A DNA stretch of 63,623 nt, counting the filler, from Pelomyxa schiedti (taxonomy: Eukaryota; Protista; Evosea): the NCBI GenBank assembly GCA_020536535.1. It is 10 parts of 10 records of this genome, joined end to end, with 100 filler letters (N's around TTAATTAATTAA, not from the genome) between each part and the next. Parts side by side here need not be neighbours in the genome. Positions count along the whole stretch, not along the records: positions 1 to 21,331 come from JAHLWZ010001073.1; 9 more parts are not named here. One strand, written 5' to 3'. The position numbers and the translations under genes are program-made. Of this stretch, positions 1 through 10,916 are shown in pieces (positions within the stretch are counted from its first letter, which is position 1; each line of letters opens with the position of its first letter). The notes beneath the pieces were generated by a model, which was given only the letters and a program-made list of their open reading frames with translations, was not told where the DNA came from and made no database searches.

Positions 1-251
1 TCACACCTCAAAGTCCAAAAAAACACAAACTCCCACCAAGAGAGGGAAAAAAGGGTAATCATTTTAAAAATTGAAAAGCCTGATTCTTGGGCAAAAGCCT
101 GACTGGGTTGGCAGGAGCTTAAATCTTAAATTCGATGTCCCGAGGCCAACCAAAATACCTTCAAGGTTTTGTGAACGTTCTTTGTACTTCAGGTTTGCCT
201 ACAGGGACTGTGCTCAAGTCCAACAACACACTTCTTCCGTGAAATCTACGT

Positions 252-1517
252 GTGATGGCAAACCATCTCGAGACAAGCCTACAGTTCCTCGCGCGGGCCT
301 ATCAAAACGATGATCTCATCGTCATCGAAGACGATAACACCATGATCGGCGGGTCCTTTGGTCGGCCCCCACCATCATCGCCGCCACCATCGCAATCATG
401 TTCCGCCTCACCAACAACAACCAAAGACCAAACGTACGCGCACAGCCAATTCATCGCGCTGGGCGTCGGGGTCATTGTGGGACGCTGCGGATGTGCCAGC
501 CCCGCGTCGGTGCTCACGCCGTCGTCGCTGTCGCTCATCGGCCGCGACTGGGTCGTAATCCCCGAGAGGCACGTGGTCGTCGAGCTCAAGGCCGACCGCC
601 GCGCAGCCAGCCAGTACGTCAAGTTCGGCGTGTCGCCGACGCTCGGCCTCACCTCGCGCCCCGAGATTGTGGACTTCAGCTCTGGTCGCTGGGACCAGAG
701 CGACAGGAAGTTCTGTGGGTGGGTGGGACCTGATTCCGCCGCCGACAGGTTCGCGCTTTTGACGTGGGAAAATCTGAGCGAGGAAGGCGCAAGGCACTTG
801 TGTGTGCTCGACATGAAAACTGGCAGGAGGGTGGCTGCACTGGTCACTGACAGTATCTCTGAGTTCGATTCGCTCAGCTCCACGAGGCGTTGGGCTGTTA
901 CGGCCAAAAGCGGTGGGGACGTGCTGAGCCTCTGGAATTTTGATCATGTGGATACTGGGGAAGTGAAGGCAGTGGAAGGGATTTCTCTGCCTGATGCGCC
1001 TTCCGAGATTGCGATCGACGGTGATTTCCTGGTCATCATCTTTCGTGGCTTGCGAAAGAATAAGAGAATGCTGATCACTGCTGACCTGCCATCAACTCTG
1101 GCAATAGGAGCATTGGGAAATTATAAGTTCTATTATGCAGCATTCACAAGGCTGTGGTGCTGGCACAGAACCATGTACTCTTTGGACACTGATAGCTCCC
1201 TGTTGTGTGTGACCACTGGTGAGAGTACAGAATTGCCTCTGAAAAAAGGATTCACACCGATTGGCGGGCCATACTACGCCGTCAAAAATGGTTCCCTCTG
1301 GGAGATCTACAGTGTTGTGGAACCAACAAAGTTGGTGTGCAGGCACAGGGCTGACCGCGGCGGCACAATTCAGTTTGGCCAAGAACTAGTTGTGAAGGAG
1401 CCAGGGATGACCACAAAATCACCAAATCACATCGAGGTCATTGATGCTGTATCTGGCTTCGTCATCTTCAGGATGTGCAACTCAATGTCTCGTTTCCTTC
1501 ATGTTTCACAACACTGA
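252..1517 (+). CDS. Uncharacterised expanded-family protein ('QFIAL-RCG' family), array copy 1, intronless
   Basis: 421-aa ORF with SQFIALGVGVIVGRCG..SPASVLTPSSLSLIGRDW, FGVSPTLGL, STRRWA, IGGPYY and IEVIDAVSGFVIF; colinear with the next three ORFs. The true start may be a downstream Met. Confidence 0.85.
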   Translation: MMANHLETSLQFLARAYQNDDLIVIEDDNTMIGGSFGRPPPSSPPPSQSCSASPTTTKDQTYAHSQFIALGVGVIVGRCGCASPASVLTPSSLSLIGRDWVVIPERHVVVELKADRRAASQYVKFGVSPTLGLTSRPEIVDFSSGRWDQSDRKFCGWVGPDSAADRFALLTWENLSEEGARHLCVLDMKTGRRVAALVTDSISEFDSLSSTRRWAVTAKSGGDVLSLWNFDHVDTGEVKAVEGISLPDAPSEIAIDGDFLVIIFRGLRKNKRMLITADLPSTLAIGALGNYKFYYAAFTRLWCWHRTMYSLDTDSSLLCVTTGESTELPLKKGFTPIGGPYYAVKNGSLWEIYSVVEPTKLVCRHRADRGGTIQFGQELVVKEPGMTTKSPNHIEVIDAVSGFVIFRMCNSMSRFLHVSQH

Positions 1518-1672
1518 CCCAAAATCAATACAAAGCAACCACAAAAGCTGTACGAAACGGAGAACCGTTTCAAGCAAATTTGATAGGCCTTTCCAATTTG
1601 CTTGCCAATACGATCTTGTGTACCTCCTCGGTGGTCCTTCGGTGAATTTGTTTTGTTTCAACCGTTTGCTCG

Positions 1673-2767
1673 ATGGTGGATACAACAACAGCCCGCATCG
1701 CGGAGTATTCTGACGCACGTGCCCAGTTCATCGCACTCGGAGTCGGCGTCATTGTGGGACGTTGCGGGTGTTCAAGCCCAGCGTCGGCGCTCACCCCGTC
1801 GTCGCTGTCGACCCTCGGTCGTGAATGGATCGTTTTCCCCTCCAAGCACGTTGTCATTGGCCTGAGCACCCATAAGTACGTCAAGTTCAGTGTGTCTCCC
1901 ACCCTCGGGCTCGTCGACCTCCCCACGGTTCTTGATCTTGGCAGCCCAAACAAGGAGTTACGTGGATGGGTTGGGCCCAATCGCACAGGTTCCAGGTTCG
2001 CACTTGTGCTGTCATCTGCACTCCACATACGCCTGTGTGTTGTTGACACAAGTGGCAGTGGTGCTGAGATAGCTGCCACTGCACTGGTGGATTGCGATTC
2101 AGTGATTTCCACGAGGATGTGGGCTGTGGTGGTTCCTTGGAGAGAGCCTGTCATGACACTGTGGAATTTTGATCGTGTTGAGGTTGGTCGGGTAGAAGAA
2201 GCCAGCGGAATCGCGCTGCCGTGGGCTGCTGAGAGAATGGTAATTGATGGGGATCACCTCGTTGTTGCACCCAAAGTAACGGAGCAACCACTGGGAGTTG
2301 TGGTTGTGGACCTCCCTGCCACAATGGAATCAAAAAGATTGGCAATTTCCCAGCACATTGCCACCTCAACGCATGGGAGCTTCTGGAGACTGTGGTCCTG
2401 GAATCAAAGGGTTTATGCCACACTGGTGGATGATTCACTGATGTGTGTCTCCAGTGGTGAGAGGACCATCTACCCCCAGAGCAGCAGGCTCGCGCCGATT
2501 GGTGGTCCCTACTTCTCTGTTTTTGATCCATACAGTGATTCCTGCTACATCTACAGTGCTGCGGAGCCAGAAAAGTTGTGCTGCAGGCACACAACCGAGG
2601 GACTGCACAAGTACGCAGTAATATTTGGTCAGGAAGTTGCTGTGAAAGGGCCATGGCTGGGACAAAATAGATTTGCAGTGGTTGATGCTGTGTCTGGATT
2701 TGTCATTTTCAAAATACCCAACAACAGTGAAGAGCTGATTTATGTTGCTGAAGTTCTGGCTCATTGA
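1673..2767 (+). CDS. QFIAL-RCG family protein, array copy 2
   Basis: 364-aa ORF with ARAQFIALGVGVIVGRCG, FSVSPTLGL, STRMWA, IGGPYF and VVDAVSGFVIF. Confidence 0.88.
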   Translation: MVDTTTARIAEYSDARAQFIALGVGVIVGRCGCSSPASALTPSSLSTLGREWIVFPSKHVVIGLSTHKYVKFSVSPTLGLVDLPTVLDLGSPNKELRGWVGPNRTGSRFALVLSSALHIRLCVVDTSGSGAEIAATALVDCDSVISTRMWAVVVPWREPVMTLWNFDRVEVGRVEEASGIALPWAAERMVIDGDHLVVAPKVTEQPLGVVVVDLPATMESKRLAISQHIATSTHGSFWRLWSWNQRVYATLVDDSLMCVSSGERTIYPQSSRLAPIGGPYFSVFDPYSDSCYIYSAAEPEKLCCRHTTEGLHKYAVIFGQEVAVKGPWLGQNRFAVVDAVSGFVIFKIPNNSEELIYVAEVLAH

Positions 2768-2824
2768 AAGAAACAGGAGAAATACTTTGCCAAAGGGTAC
2801 TTTTCCTTTGTTGATAAACAACCG

Positions 2825-3925
2825 ATGATGGACATCCAAAGTGATACCAATGCTCGTAGCCAATTCATCGCGCTCGGCGTCGGGGTCATTGTGGGACGCT
2901 GCGGCCGCGACAACAGCAGCCCGGCTTCGACCCTCACGCCGTCGTCGCTGTCACTCCTCGGCCGCGACTGGATCGCGTTCCCCGCCAGGCACGTAGTCGT
3001 AGAGCTGGAGAGTGAGGGCGGTCAGACCCATAAGTACATCAAGTTCAGCGTGTCGCCCACCCTCGGGCTCGTGGAGTACCCAGAGTTCATCGACTTTGGC
3101 CACCGCCGGGAGTTCCGTGGATGGGTTGGACCTGATTCCCTCGGTGACAGGTTCGCCATGGTCACGTGGGACCCGCGGGATGACGGAGTGTACAACCTGG
3201 ATGTGATCGACATGAAAGCAAGCAGCAGAAAAGAGGTGGCAACAGTCACTGACGATTTCACAGGGAGTGGCATGCTGGTCTCCACGAGGAGGTGGGCTGC
3301 TGTAACCTCCTGGGAAGGGCACTGGATGGCACTCTGCAGTTTCGATCATGTTGAGACTGGGGAGGTGACTGTGATCAAGGGCATTCGAGTGCCTTGGAGG
3401 AGATGTAAATTGGCTTTTGATGGCGACTCACTTGTTATCGGCCAGCCAGGCCCAGTCACGGACCCCAGAGCTGTGCTCGTTGTGGACCTTCCTTCAACTT
3501 TTGCGAACAAGGAATTGAGGACAACTCGGTTCTCTGCACCAACAAAATTGAGGTTCTTTCGGCTGTGGTGCTGGCATACAAGGATCTATGCAATGCTTTC
3601 CAACTATTCCCTGCTGTGCGTTACCACTGGTGCAAGCACCACTTTGCCCCCAGAAAACCGAATGACCTCAACCGGAGGGTCATACTATGCCATTCTACGT
3701 GATTCCGTCTGGGAGATCTACAGCGCTGTGGAACCAACAAAGTTGCTGTGCAGGCACACAGTGGATGCTTTGGGAACAATTCAGTTTGTTCAGGAACTTG
3801 TTGTGAAGGAGCCAGGCCCAGGTGTTTCACCAGATCACATTGAGGTCATAGATGTTTCTGGCTTTGTCATCTTCAGATTTGCCAACAAGGCAATGTTTCG
3901 TGTTGTGTATGTTCCAAAACATTAA
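2825..3925 (+). CDS. QFIAL-RCG family protein, array copy 3
   Basis: 366-aa ORF with ARSQFIALGVGVIVGRCG, FSVSPTLGL, STRRWA, RLWCWHT and IEVIDVSGFVIF. Confidence 0.88.
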   Translation: MMDIQSDTNARSQFIALGVGVIVGRCGRDNSSPASTLTPSSLSLLGRDWIAFPARHVVVELESEGGQTHKYIKFSVSPTLGLVEYPEFIDFGHRREFRGWVGPDSLGDRFAMVTWDPRDDGVYNLDVIDMKASSRKEVATVTDDFTGSGMLVSTRRWAAVTSWEGHWMALCSFDHVETGEVTVIKGIRVPWRRCKLAFDGDSLVIGQPGPVTDPRAVLVVDLPSTFANKELRTTRFSAPTKLRFFRLWCWHTRIYAMLSNYSLLCVTTGASTTLPPENRMTSTGGSYYAILRDSVWEIYSAVEPTKLLCRHTVDALGTIQFVQELVVKEPGPGVSPDHIEVIDVSGFVIFRFANKAMFRVVYVPKH

Positions 3926-3996
3926 TGGCAACAACACTTCATCGACCTCTTTTTGAAGACAAACCCTGGATCGTTTTCCCCGAAAAAGAAATCTGA
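3925..3996 (+). other. 23-aa linker mini-ORF (MATTLHRPLFEDKPWIVFPEKEI), probably a collapsed family paralog
   Basis: ATG 3925-3927 overlaps the copy-3 TAA (TAATG). TGA 3994-3996 overlaps the copy-4 ATG (TGATG). It starts ATGGCAACAACA like copy 4 and encodes the family WIVFP motif. Confidence 0.55.
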
Positions 3997-5177
3997 TGGC
4001 AACAACAATCGACCTCAAAGATCAAACCGACGCACGCGACCAGTTCATTGCGCTCGGCGTCGGAGTAATTGTGGGACGATGCGGCCGCGACATCGCCAGC
4101 CCGGTTTCGGCCCTCACGCCCTCGTTGTTATCGTGTATCGGCCGAGAGTGGATCGCGTTCCCTGCCAGGACCATAGTCGTGGGGTTGGTGTCTTTCCCCT
4201 CCCCCAAGTACGAGTTCGTCGAGTTCGCCGTGTCCCCGACTCTGGGCCTCGCGCGCCATCCCACAATGACCAATCTCGGGCGCAGCAACAACAAAACCGT
4301 CGAACACTTCCACGGCTGGGTTGGGCCCCGGTCCTCACGCGACAGGTTTGCCTTGGCAGTGACCGGGGCGCTCACCGACCCCGGCGGCCAGAGACTGGCC
4401 GTGGTCGACACCGGCGGCCGCTGCGAGGACCTGAGGCTGGCCAACTGGGAATGGCTGAGACTGTCCGGGCCCTGGTGCCACAACAGGCGGTGGCTTGTAA
4501 AAATAGGGCCTCTGACGTCATCGCTGGCACTGTGCAACTTTGATGACGTCGAGAGTGGGAGGTGCACAAAAGTGGAGGGGGTCATGCTTCCGTGGGACGT
4601 GAGCAGCCTCGCGCTCTTTGGTGACAGTTCGTTGGCTGTGTCACACAGCGGCGGGGTGGCTGTGATCGACCTTGACTGCACAGTCTCGGAGAACAAGGGG
4701 CTGGTTGGGAAACAGAGGAACAAAGTCAGAATCACTGCTGCTTTTGATGATCCAGGGGGGTCAGTCCTGGAGCATGTTGTGTGCTGCCAGGGAATTGCCT
4801 ACGCGTTTCTATGTGGGCCAGATGGAAGCTCTTGGCTTCAGTCCCTGACAACTGGCCAGAGGACTCTGTGGCGCCAATTTAGCAGCCCACGTGTGAGGAC
4901 AGACCCAGTTGGTGGCCCTTACGTTGTTGTGCCTACTTCCTCCAGCGCAGGAGAGAGCCGTCTCGATGTGTACAGTGTTCTCGAGCCAACCAAAGTGTGC
5001 TTCCAACACAGGACACAGAGCCGAATCGACAGGTTGTTCTACGGGAACGAGATTGTTGTCAGGAACACCACCTTTGTGGGTCCATACTCCGTTGAGGTCA
5101 TTGATGCAGCGACTGGCTTTGCTGTCTTTAAGATGGGATGGGCATCAGGAGGAAGAACTGTGACAAGCGTTTCTTGA
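3996..5177 (+). CDS. QFIAL-RCG family protein, array copy 4
   Basis: 393-aa ORF with ARDQFIALGVGVIVGRCG, FAVSPTLGL, HNRRWL, VGGPYV and VEVIDAATGFAVF. Confidence 0.88.
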   Translation: MATTIDLKDQTDARDQFIALGVGVIVGRCGRDIASPVSALTPSLLSCIGREWIAFPARTIVVGLVSFPSPKYEFVEFAVSPTLGLARHPTMTNLGRSNNKTVEHFHGWVGPRSSRDRFALAVTGALTDPGGQRLAVVDTGGRCEDLRLANWEWLRLSGPWCHNRRWLVKIGPLTSSLALCNFDDVESGRCTKVEGVMLPWDVSSLALFGDSSLAVSHSGGVAVIDLDCTVSENKGLVGKQRNKVRITAAFDDPGGSVLEHVVCCQGIAYAFLCGPDGSSWLQSLTTGQRTLWRQFSSPRVRTDPVGGPYVVVPTSSSAGESRLDVYSVLEPTKVCFQHRTQSRIDRLFYGNEIVVRNTTFVGPYSVEVIDAATGFAVFKMGWASGGRTVTSVS

Positions 5178-5292
5178 AGCACTTCATTCCCAACCTCTAA
5201 GCCTACAAATGCATAAGGCTCCTCCTTGACTGGTACAATGTATTTGTAGTTTCGTACGAAATGCCTTCAAACAAACAATTCAAAACCTTTGA

Positions 5293-7290
5293 ATGTCCGC
5301 AGCTTCTGTGTCGACGATACCAGGGCAGGGAGACGCGGAACTAACAGTGGGTTGTGGAGGGACAGGGGCAGACGGGGGTGGGAATTGTGGGATGGTGTGG
5401 GTGTTTGGGGGGTCGTGCCCGCGGACCGGGGTCGTGCACTTTGACGCGCAGCTCGGGCGGTACGTCGACGAGGCGACGCGGGGGGCGCTGGCCGAAGTGA
5501 CACGGCTGAGGAACGACGTGCAGGCATCCCTGGGCGTCGTGCCAAACCCCGCTGCCGCCGTAGTGGTTGGCCTATGTTTTATTTCATCCCCCCACCACTT
5601 TTTTTTATTATTAGCATTATTATTATTACTGTGATTCTATTAATAGTAATAAATTTAAATGGATTTGAATTTTGTTATTATTTCTTTGTTCATTTGTTAT
5701 TTGTGCAGTATTCAGGGGGTTGTTTTTTTTTTTTTTTCCCCTCAACTTGTTTTACAGGCAATTGAGAAATATCTGCCTCATTTACTGGGTTTGGTAAGCT
5801 TGCCTGTTTGTGCATTGAATTGACCATTGAATAAAGAAACAAGCCACAGCTGCTTTGCCAGCAGATATATGCAAGCACATTGGTTTGGCTACTTTTGTTA
5901 CTTGTTGTTCTTTTTCACAATCTTATTTTATCCCGAAGTTGTGGCTTGGAACACTGCATTTTCTAGTCAATACTGCAACTCTGCCGTCAGCATTCCCTCG
6001 CTAAATTATGAACTCGTGATGATTCTTTTCGTGAGTGTTCTCGTCCGTTTTCTTAAATTATTGTGTTTATTTCTCCTACAAGGCCTATGGCATTTCTCAG
6101 CGACTTCTTGCTCGTGATATGTCCAGACAAACTGGCGGTTGTATCCACCTTTTTTTTTTCCCCGTGACTAACACTGGCCCAGCTCTGGATGACGAAACTA
6201 AGTCTACCCTCATTGCAAATCTATTGTGCAAAGCTGCTGGGGTATAAGCCTCCCTTTATCTCATAATTCAATAAATCGGCATCACAGGTATTTAACTACA
6301 TAAGCACCTTATCGTTGTCATCGTGGACTCAAGGATTAAAATTTGCTGAAGTGACCACTGACTTACATTTAATGCTGTCCAGGTCATCTATAATGACTTG
6401 TTATTCCTTAAATTGACTTCTTTAGTCTTTGTCTACTTGAAGCACAGGAAATAGCTATCCGAAAGGGGATTGCAAGAAAAACTTCACCTGGTGTATGGCT
6501 TCCATTTACGTTTTAGTGCTTATTTAGGACCAGGTTATTGCAAAATTGGCTCTTGGTGTTGTTTCAAAGGTATCATTGATTAAATTTTTCGCCTCCTCAT
6601 AGCCTTGCAAGGCGAAATATTGCGAGCAAATAGTGAAATCACTTGCACCACCATCAACCCAAGAAATTAGGCTGCAAATTTTGGGCTAGTATGAAAAAAC
6701 TTTCTTAATTTCTCTAATGAAACCTATAGTTACTTGTCAGTCATAGCCACGGTTTTTAAGGCGCAAGCTTATTCACACTTGAGTCAAAGCGTTAAGGAGC
6801 AAGGGTTCCCTCCCCATCCTTTTTTCAACAACTCATTACAGAATGCAGGAAGTATGGAATTGCCGTATCCTATTTGGAGGTATTTTCCTGTGTCAAAAAA
6901 TGCCTAATACAAATCAGGGTGCACAACCAACTGCAACAGAGCAACAAGTAATGGTAGGTACGAATTGTTTTGAAACCAAAATTAAATCCATTCAGAGTGA
7001 CAGAAGAACCAAAGAGTTCATGCCTGAAGTTTTAACTCTTGCGCAATCCTTTCTTACTACAATCAGCAAGGCCTACGAATTGTATGCCGCAATAGCGTCT
7101 TTTTTTCCTTTTAACACGTGAAAGGGAAGTAAAAGACAACCAGACCGTGTATTTCGAACCTGTACCTAATCCCGGCACACTGGAAATACCAGATGGAATA
7201 ACACTTGTTAAACCTGTTGCCTTTGTGTGCCCGGCTCCCGCTACCATTCCCTTCAATCTACGGGAACCGGCGGCTTGCACATTACTGTGA
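5293..7290 (+). CDS. BRO1-domain protein with C-terminal CAAX (BROX-like), multi-exon
   Basis: Exon peptides AIEKYLPHLLGL, WNTAFS...SLNYELVMILF, LCKAAGV, IAKLALG and KDNQTVYFEPVP are typical of BRO1. Ends CTLL-TGA at 7288-7290. Start uncertain (5293 or 5392). Confidence 0.75.
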
Positions 7291-7433
7291 CTAGTATACT
7301 TGAAGTAAGTTCCGCACTCAGAAACATAAACTCATAATAACTCAATGAAGAAATTTAACATCTTATAAAACAAAATGTGACAATAATGTGTAGAGTTCAC
7401 TGCCCAGCTTCGCTATGAAAGCAGGTTACCTTT

Positions 7434-10400
7434 CTATCTTGTTTTTCTGAACAAAGCCCAGATTTCCTTCTGCGCCTCATACTGTTCTTTAAGTTGCTGT
7501 AATCTGTATTTTTCCTCGTTAGTGGTTTTTTAGTATTTTAGGAAATCAAACAAAGCAAACCTTTCCATAAGTACATTAGTGTCAGGCCTTTCAGTGGGGT
7601 CAGTATGCACACAGTCCTTGTATATCTGTGCCATTTCAATAGGACATGTACCAACCTCTGGTGCATCCATTGGTGAATGTGGCAGTGTTGGTCTAACTCC
7701 CTGTTTGTTGTTTATGTTAGTTGTTTCGTTTGTTTTTTTTTTAAAAAAAAGAGAAAAAAGGTCAGAATTCCACTCACCTTTTGAGCCTCAATTAGAATCA
7801 TGAAGTCCATGTTTGAAGGGAAGTGGAACTCAGAGTACCATGGTCTACTATAGACCCCTTCAACACAGCGCTTGAATACCTCCCACAGTGTGATTCCGAT
7901 GCTGTAAACATCACTATTTAGAAACAGTGAGTCAAGTGAAGGACCCGATTAAAATAATTTACGGAACGGTTGGAACATAGGGGCTAAGAAACTAAGATAT
8001 AATATAAATACCTTTTTTCGGTGTATGTACTGACAGGTCTATCAATGTCTGTAGCTAGTTCTGGGGCACAGTATGGGAATGTACCACGCATTTCCCTGAG
8101 AGTGGCCATTTGATTACTGGTTGTATTGAAGCGGCTCAGCCCTGTGTTATGTGTCATGTTCATACTTATAATAAAAGGAGGGAGTGGAGGTACCAAAGTC
8201 ACATATTTTGCACTCCCAGGCTGAGGATACCTGCAGATTAAGGTAATGTTGGTTATTAAACGCAAGGAGTGTATTGTGTACCAGAACGTTGAGACTCTTG
8301 AAATCTCGATGTAGAATAGCCGGCGTGAAACTGTGCAAAAAATTCATGCCTCTCACCATCTTAATACTGGTTGGTGCTTTTCGCCACAAAGCGAGGCTTT
8401 GTGAAGCTTACCTCCATAGATAACTTGAACGCTTTGTCCCAGTTTATATCATAACGCTTATGAGATAATACATCAACCAAATCTAAGCAGTTTTAGGATG
8501 TCAGGAATCCGTGTGGGAACTGTACTTCCACGAGAGCAATATTCCATAACTATGCAGAGCTGAGGTTCAATGCAGGCACCCATAAACGTAACAATGTTGG
8601 GGTGATGAAGAACACTGTTATTTTGTAAAGAACACAATAACATGTGGAAAGCTCTTACCACATAATTTCGAACTCCTTTCTAAATTCCTCCACTTCAGTT
8701 TCGTCTTCCCATGCCTTGAGAACTTTTACTGCCACTTCAGCTCCCTTGTAGAGAGCTCTGTACACTTTGCCAGAAGTTCCAGAGCCGACTAATTCTTTTG
8801 ATTTCCCCACCGAGGCAGTGAACTCCAACTCCGAGTGATCGATGATATAATCTATTGGAGAGACTGCGGCACTTGCGGGGCTATTTGACTTAAGTGATTG
8901 TTTTGTGAGATGAAGGAAATACCTTGGCGGGAAGGAAGAAGCAGTAGTCATTCTATTTTTTTTTTGTTTGTGGGGTATCAGTCATCTTGAAAGCTTAGCT
9001 TAAATGGGACCTTGCAATGAGAAGGCCTGTCTTTGATGAGAGGCACACAGAAGCAATTCGATTAACTGCATCAGGGGGACCTGTCTCCACCAAGGCAGCT
9101 TTTTCAGCTGAAAAAAATTTTAGGTGAGTTCAAGATTTGGCATAAAAAAGAAACCTTTCATTCTCTCCACTTTCGCTAGGATGAGTATTTTGTGTCCCGG
9201 CTTATCAACCCCGATAGCATCCAGAACAGCTGCATCAAGATGTAAAACCGATTCAAGATATACATTCTCAGAGAGAAACTAGATTATGAGTAACTAACAG
9301 GGGGCATTGTTCGCTTCTACCTTTTTTCGATAAAGTCTGAAGATATCAGGATCTATAGTCTGTAGCCAGGCATACAACTCTAATAGGATTAGAGAGGAAT
9401 CATTGAGGTTTGAGGAAAAAACCGGAAACTTTGTGGAGCCTCGTGGCGATGGTGGTGAATTTGGAAGTGACCGCGATATCATAGGGTGTTCTACCTTCTT
9501 TCCCCTAGAGCAGGATTAACAGGTATAGTAGTGTCCATTGTGTTTACCCTTGCATTGATGTCAGCTCCTTGCAGAATCAATACAGACACAAGGTCATCCC
9601 GATTCAATCGCACTGCAAAGTGGAGAGGACCTTCTCCGTGTTCATTGCAAGTGTTAATATCAGCTCCTGCCTGAAGGATCAAGGTGAGTTTGCATAAATG
9701 AAGAAGCATCGCACATCCAAGAGTAGGTTCACTAGAATAAGTCTAACATATTTGTTGAAACATGACTTATGGAGTGGGGTTTCCCCAAATCTTCAGGGAT
9801 GTTACTTCTTCTTAGTGGAATTGAGTGGGAAGTACATATTTACAGCATTCACGTCTACACCCATTTCTAGCATTTTTGCAAAGACTTCCTGCAAAGAATT
9901 TAGGTTCGAACCAAGTGTTGGTCTACTTACATCACACTTGGGGGATCTGAATTTTTCACAAAAGTAGTGTAATGGAGTATTCATATCTCGGTTTTGCAGT
10001 CTTACATTTATTCCTGAATATTATTTAACTAAATGAAGACAAATCAGGAAACAGTAAACCAGTAAAGTTCAGTATCTGCATTACAGTCTGCTCATCGGAG
10101 ACTTGTACAGCATGGTGAAGAACCGAATACCCCTGTTTATCCTTAAGAAGTTGTTAGTCGGGAAAAAATCGTGTATGCTTCCTACTTGCATGTTTATGTC
10201 AAGTCTGTTGGCGTGGTAGAATTTAAGCAATTCCGCTACAATGAGTGGGTTGTTGAGGTAACAAGCACTCACAAGGGGTAACTTTTGTTGTGGGGAAGGG
10301 GTTGTTACTGATCAAATGAAGAAGGATGAATACTAACTTGTTCATTTTGGTCAGGAACAAGTATTTCAACCTTTGCTCTGGATGTCTTTGCCAACCTCGC

Positions 10401-10523
10401 CCTAACCTAGTGCCAACACATCAGACCGGTCATAAATTAAAGTAGATAAGATTACCAGTGCCACATCCTGCTTGCCTATTGCTATTTGTAGTTTGGTTCC
10501 GGTCTTCGTATCCACACCGTCAT
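7434..10523 (-). CDS. Ankyrin-repeat + SAM + TKL-type protein kinase, multi-exon
   Basis: Ankyrin motifs NTPLHYFC and GEGPLHFAVR; SAM-like LYAWLQTI...LDAIGVDKPGHKILIL; kinase motifs GSGTSGKVY, VAVKVL, HRDFKSLN, DFG and GTFPYCAPE. 5' end approximate. Confidence 0.88.
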
Positions 10524-10916
10524 TATTGAACCAAGAAAAAAACTGGGTAGAACACGACGTGAACCTTTAAAAAAAGGGAAAAAAAAAAGGCGAATAAAAT
10601 TTCCAACACACGCGTTTTTTCCTCTTAGCAGTTGGGTCAACTGCGTTGGCGCTCATTTTTTTGCGTAGCTACGACAACAGCGAGCAACGGAACACCCAAC
10701 GAAACGGCACGACAACGAATTCACTGCGTGCAAGCCCGGCTCAACCGTCCAAATTTATTCCTTCTCCCTGTCTGGGATGCTGTGACGTTCAGATGAACAC
10801 AGCACAGAGTTCCTATGCCTTTGTCAAGCGAAGAAAGCCCACAAAACACTGTTCGGTTTCTGAGTTAGCCAATTTCCTATCTACTAGCAGTTGCACTCTC
10901 CTGTGATTGCCAATCA

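Noticed and set aside
302-4735. Long antisense ORFs over the array (302-907, 1570-2154, 4022-4735), and similar ones over the MORN genes
   Set aside because: Shadow ORFs of GC-rich coding sequence with no independent motifs.
252-5177. Genome-wide TGA reassignment
   Set aside because: Paralogs end at homologous positions with either TGA or TAA, and internal TGAs occur only in sequences that also carry frameshifts.
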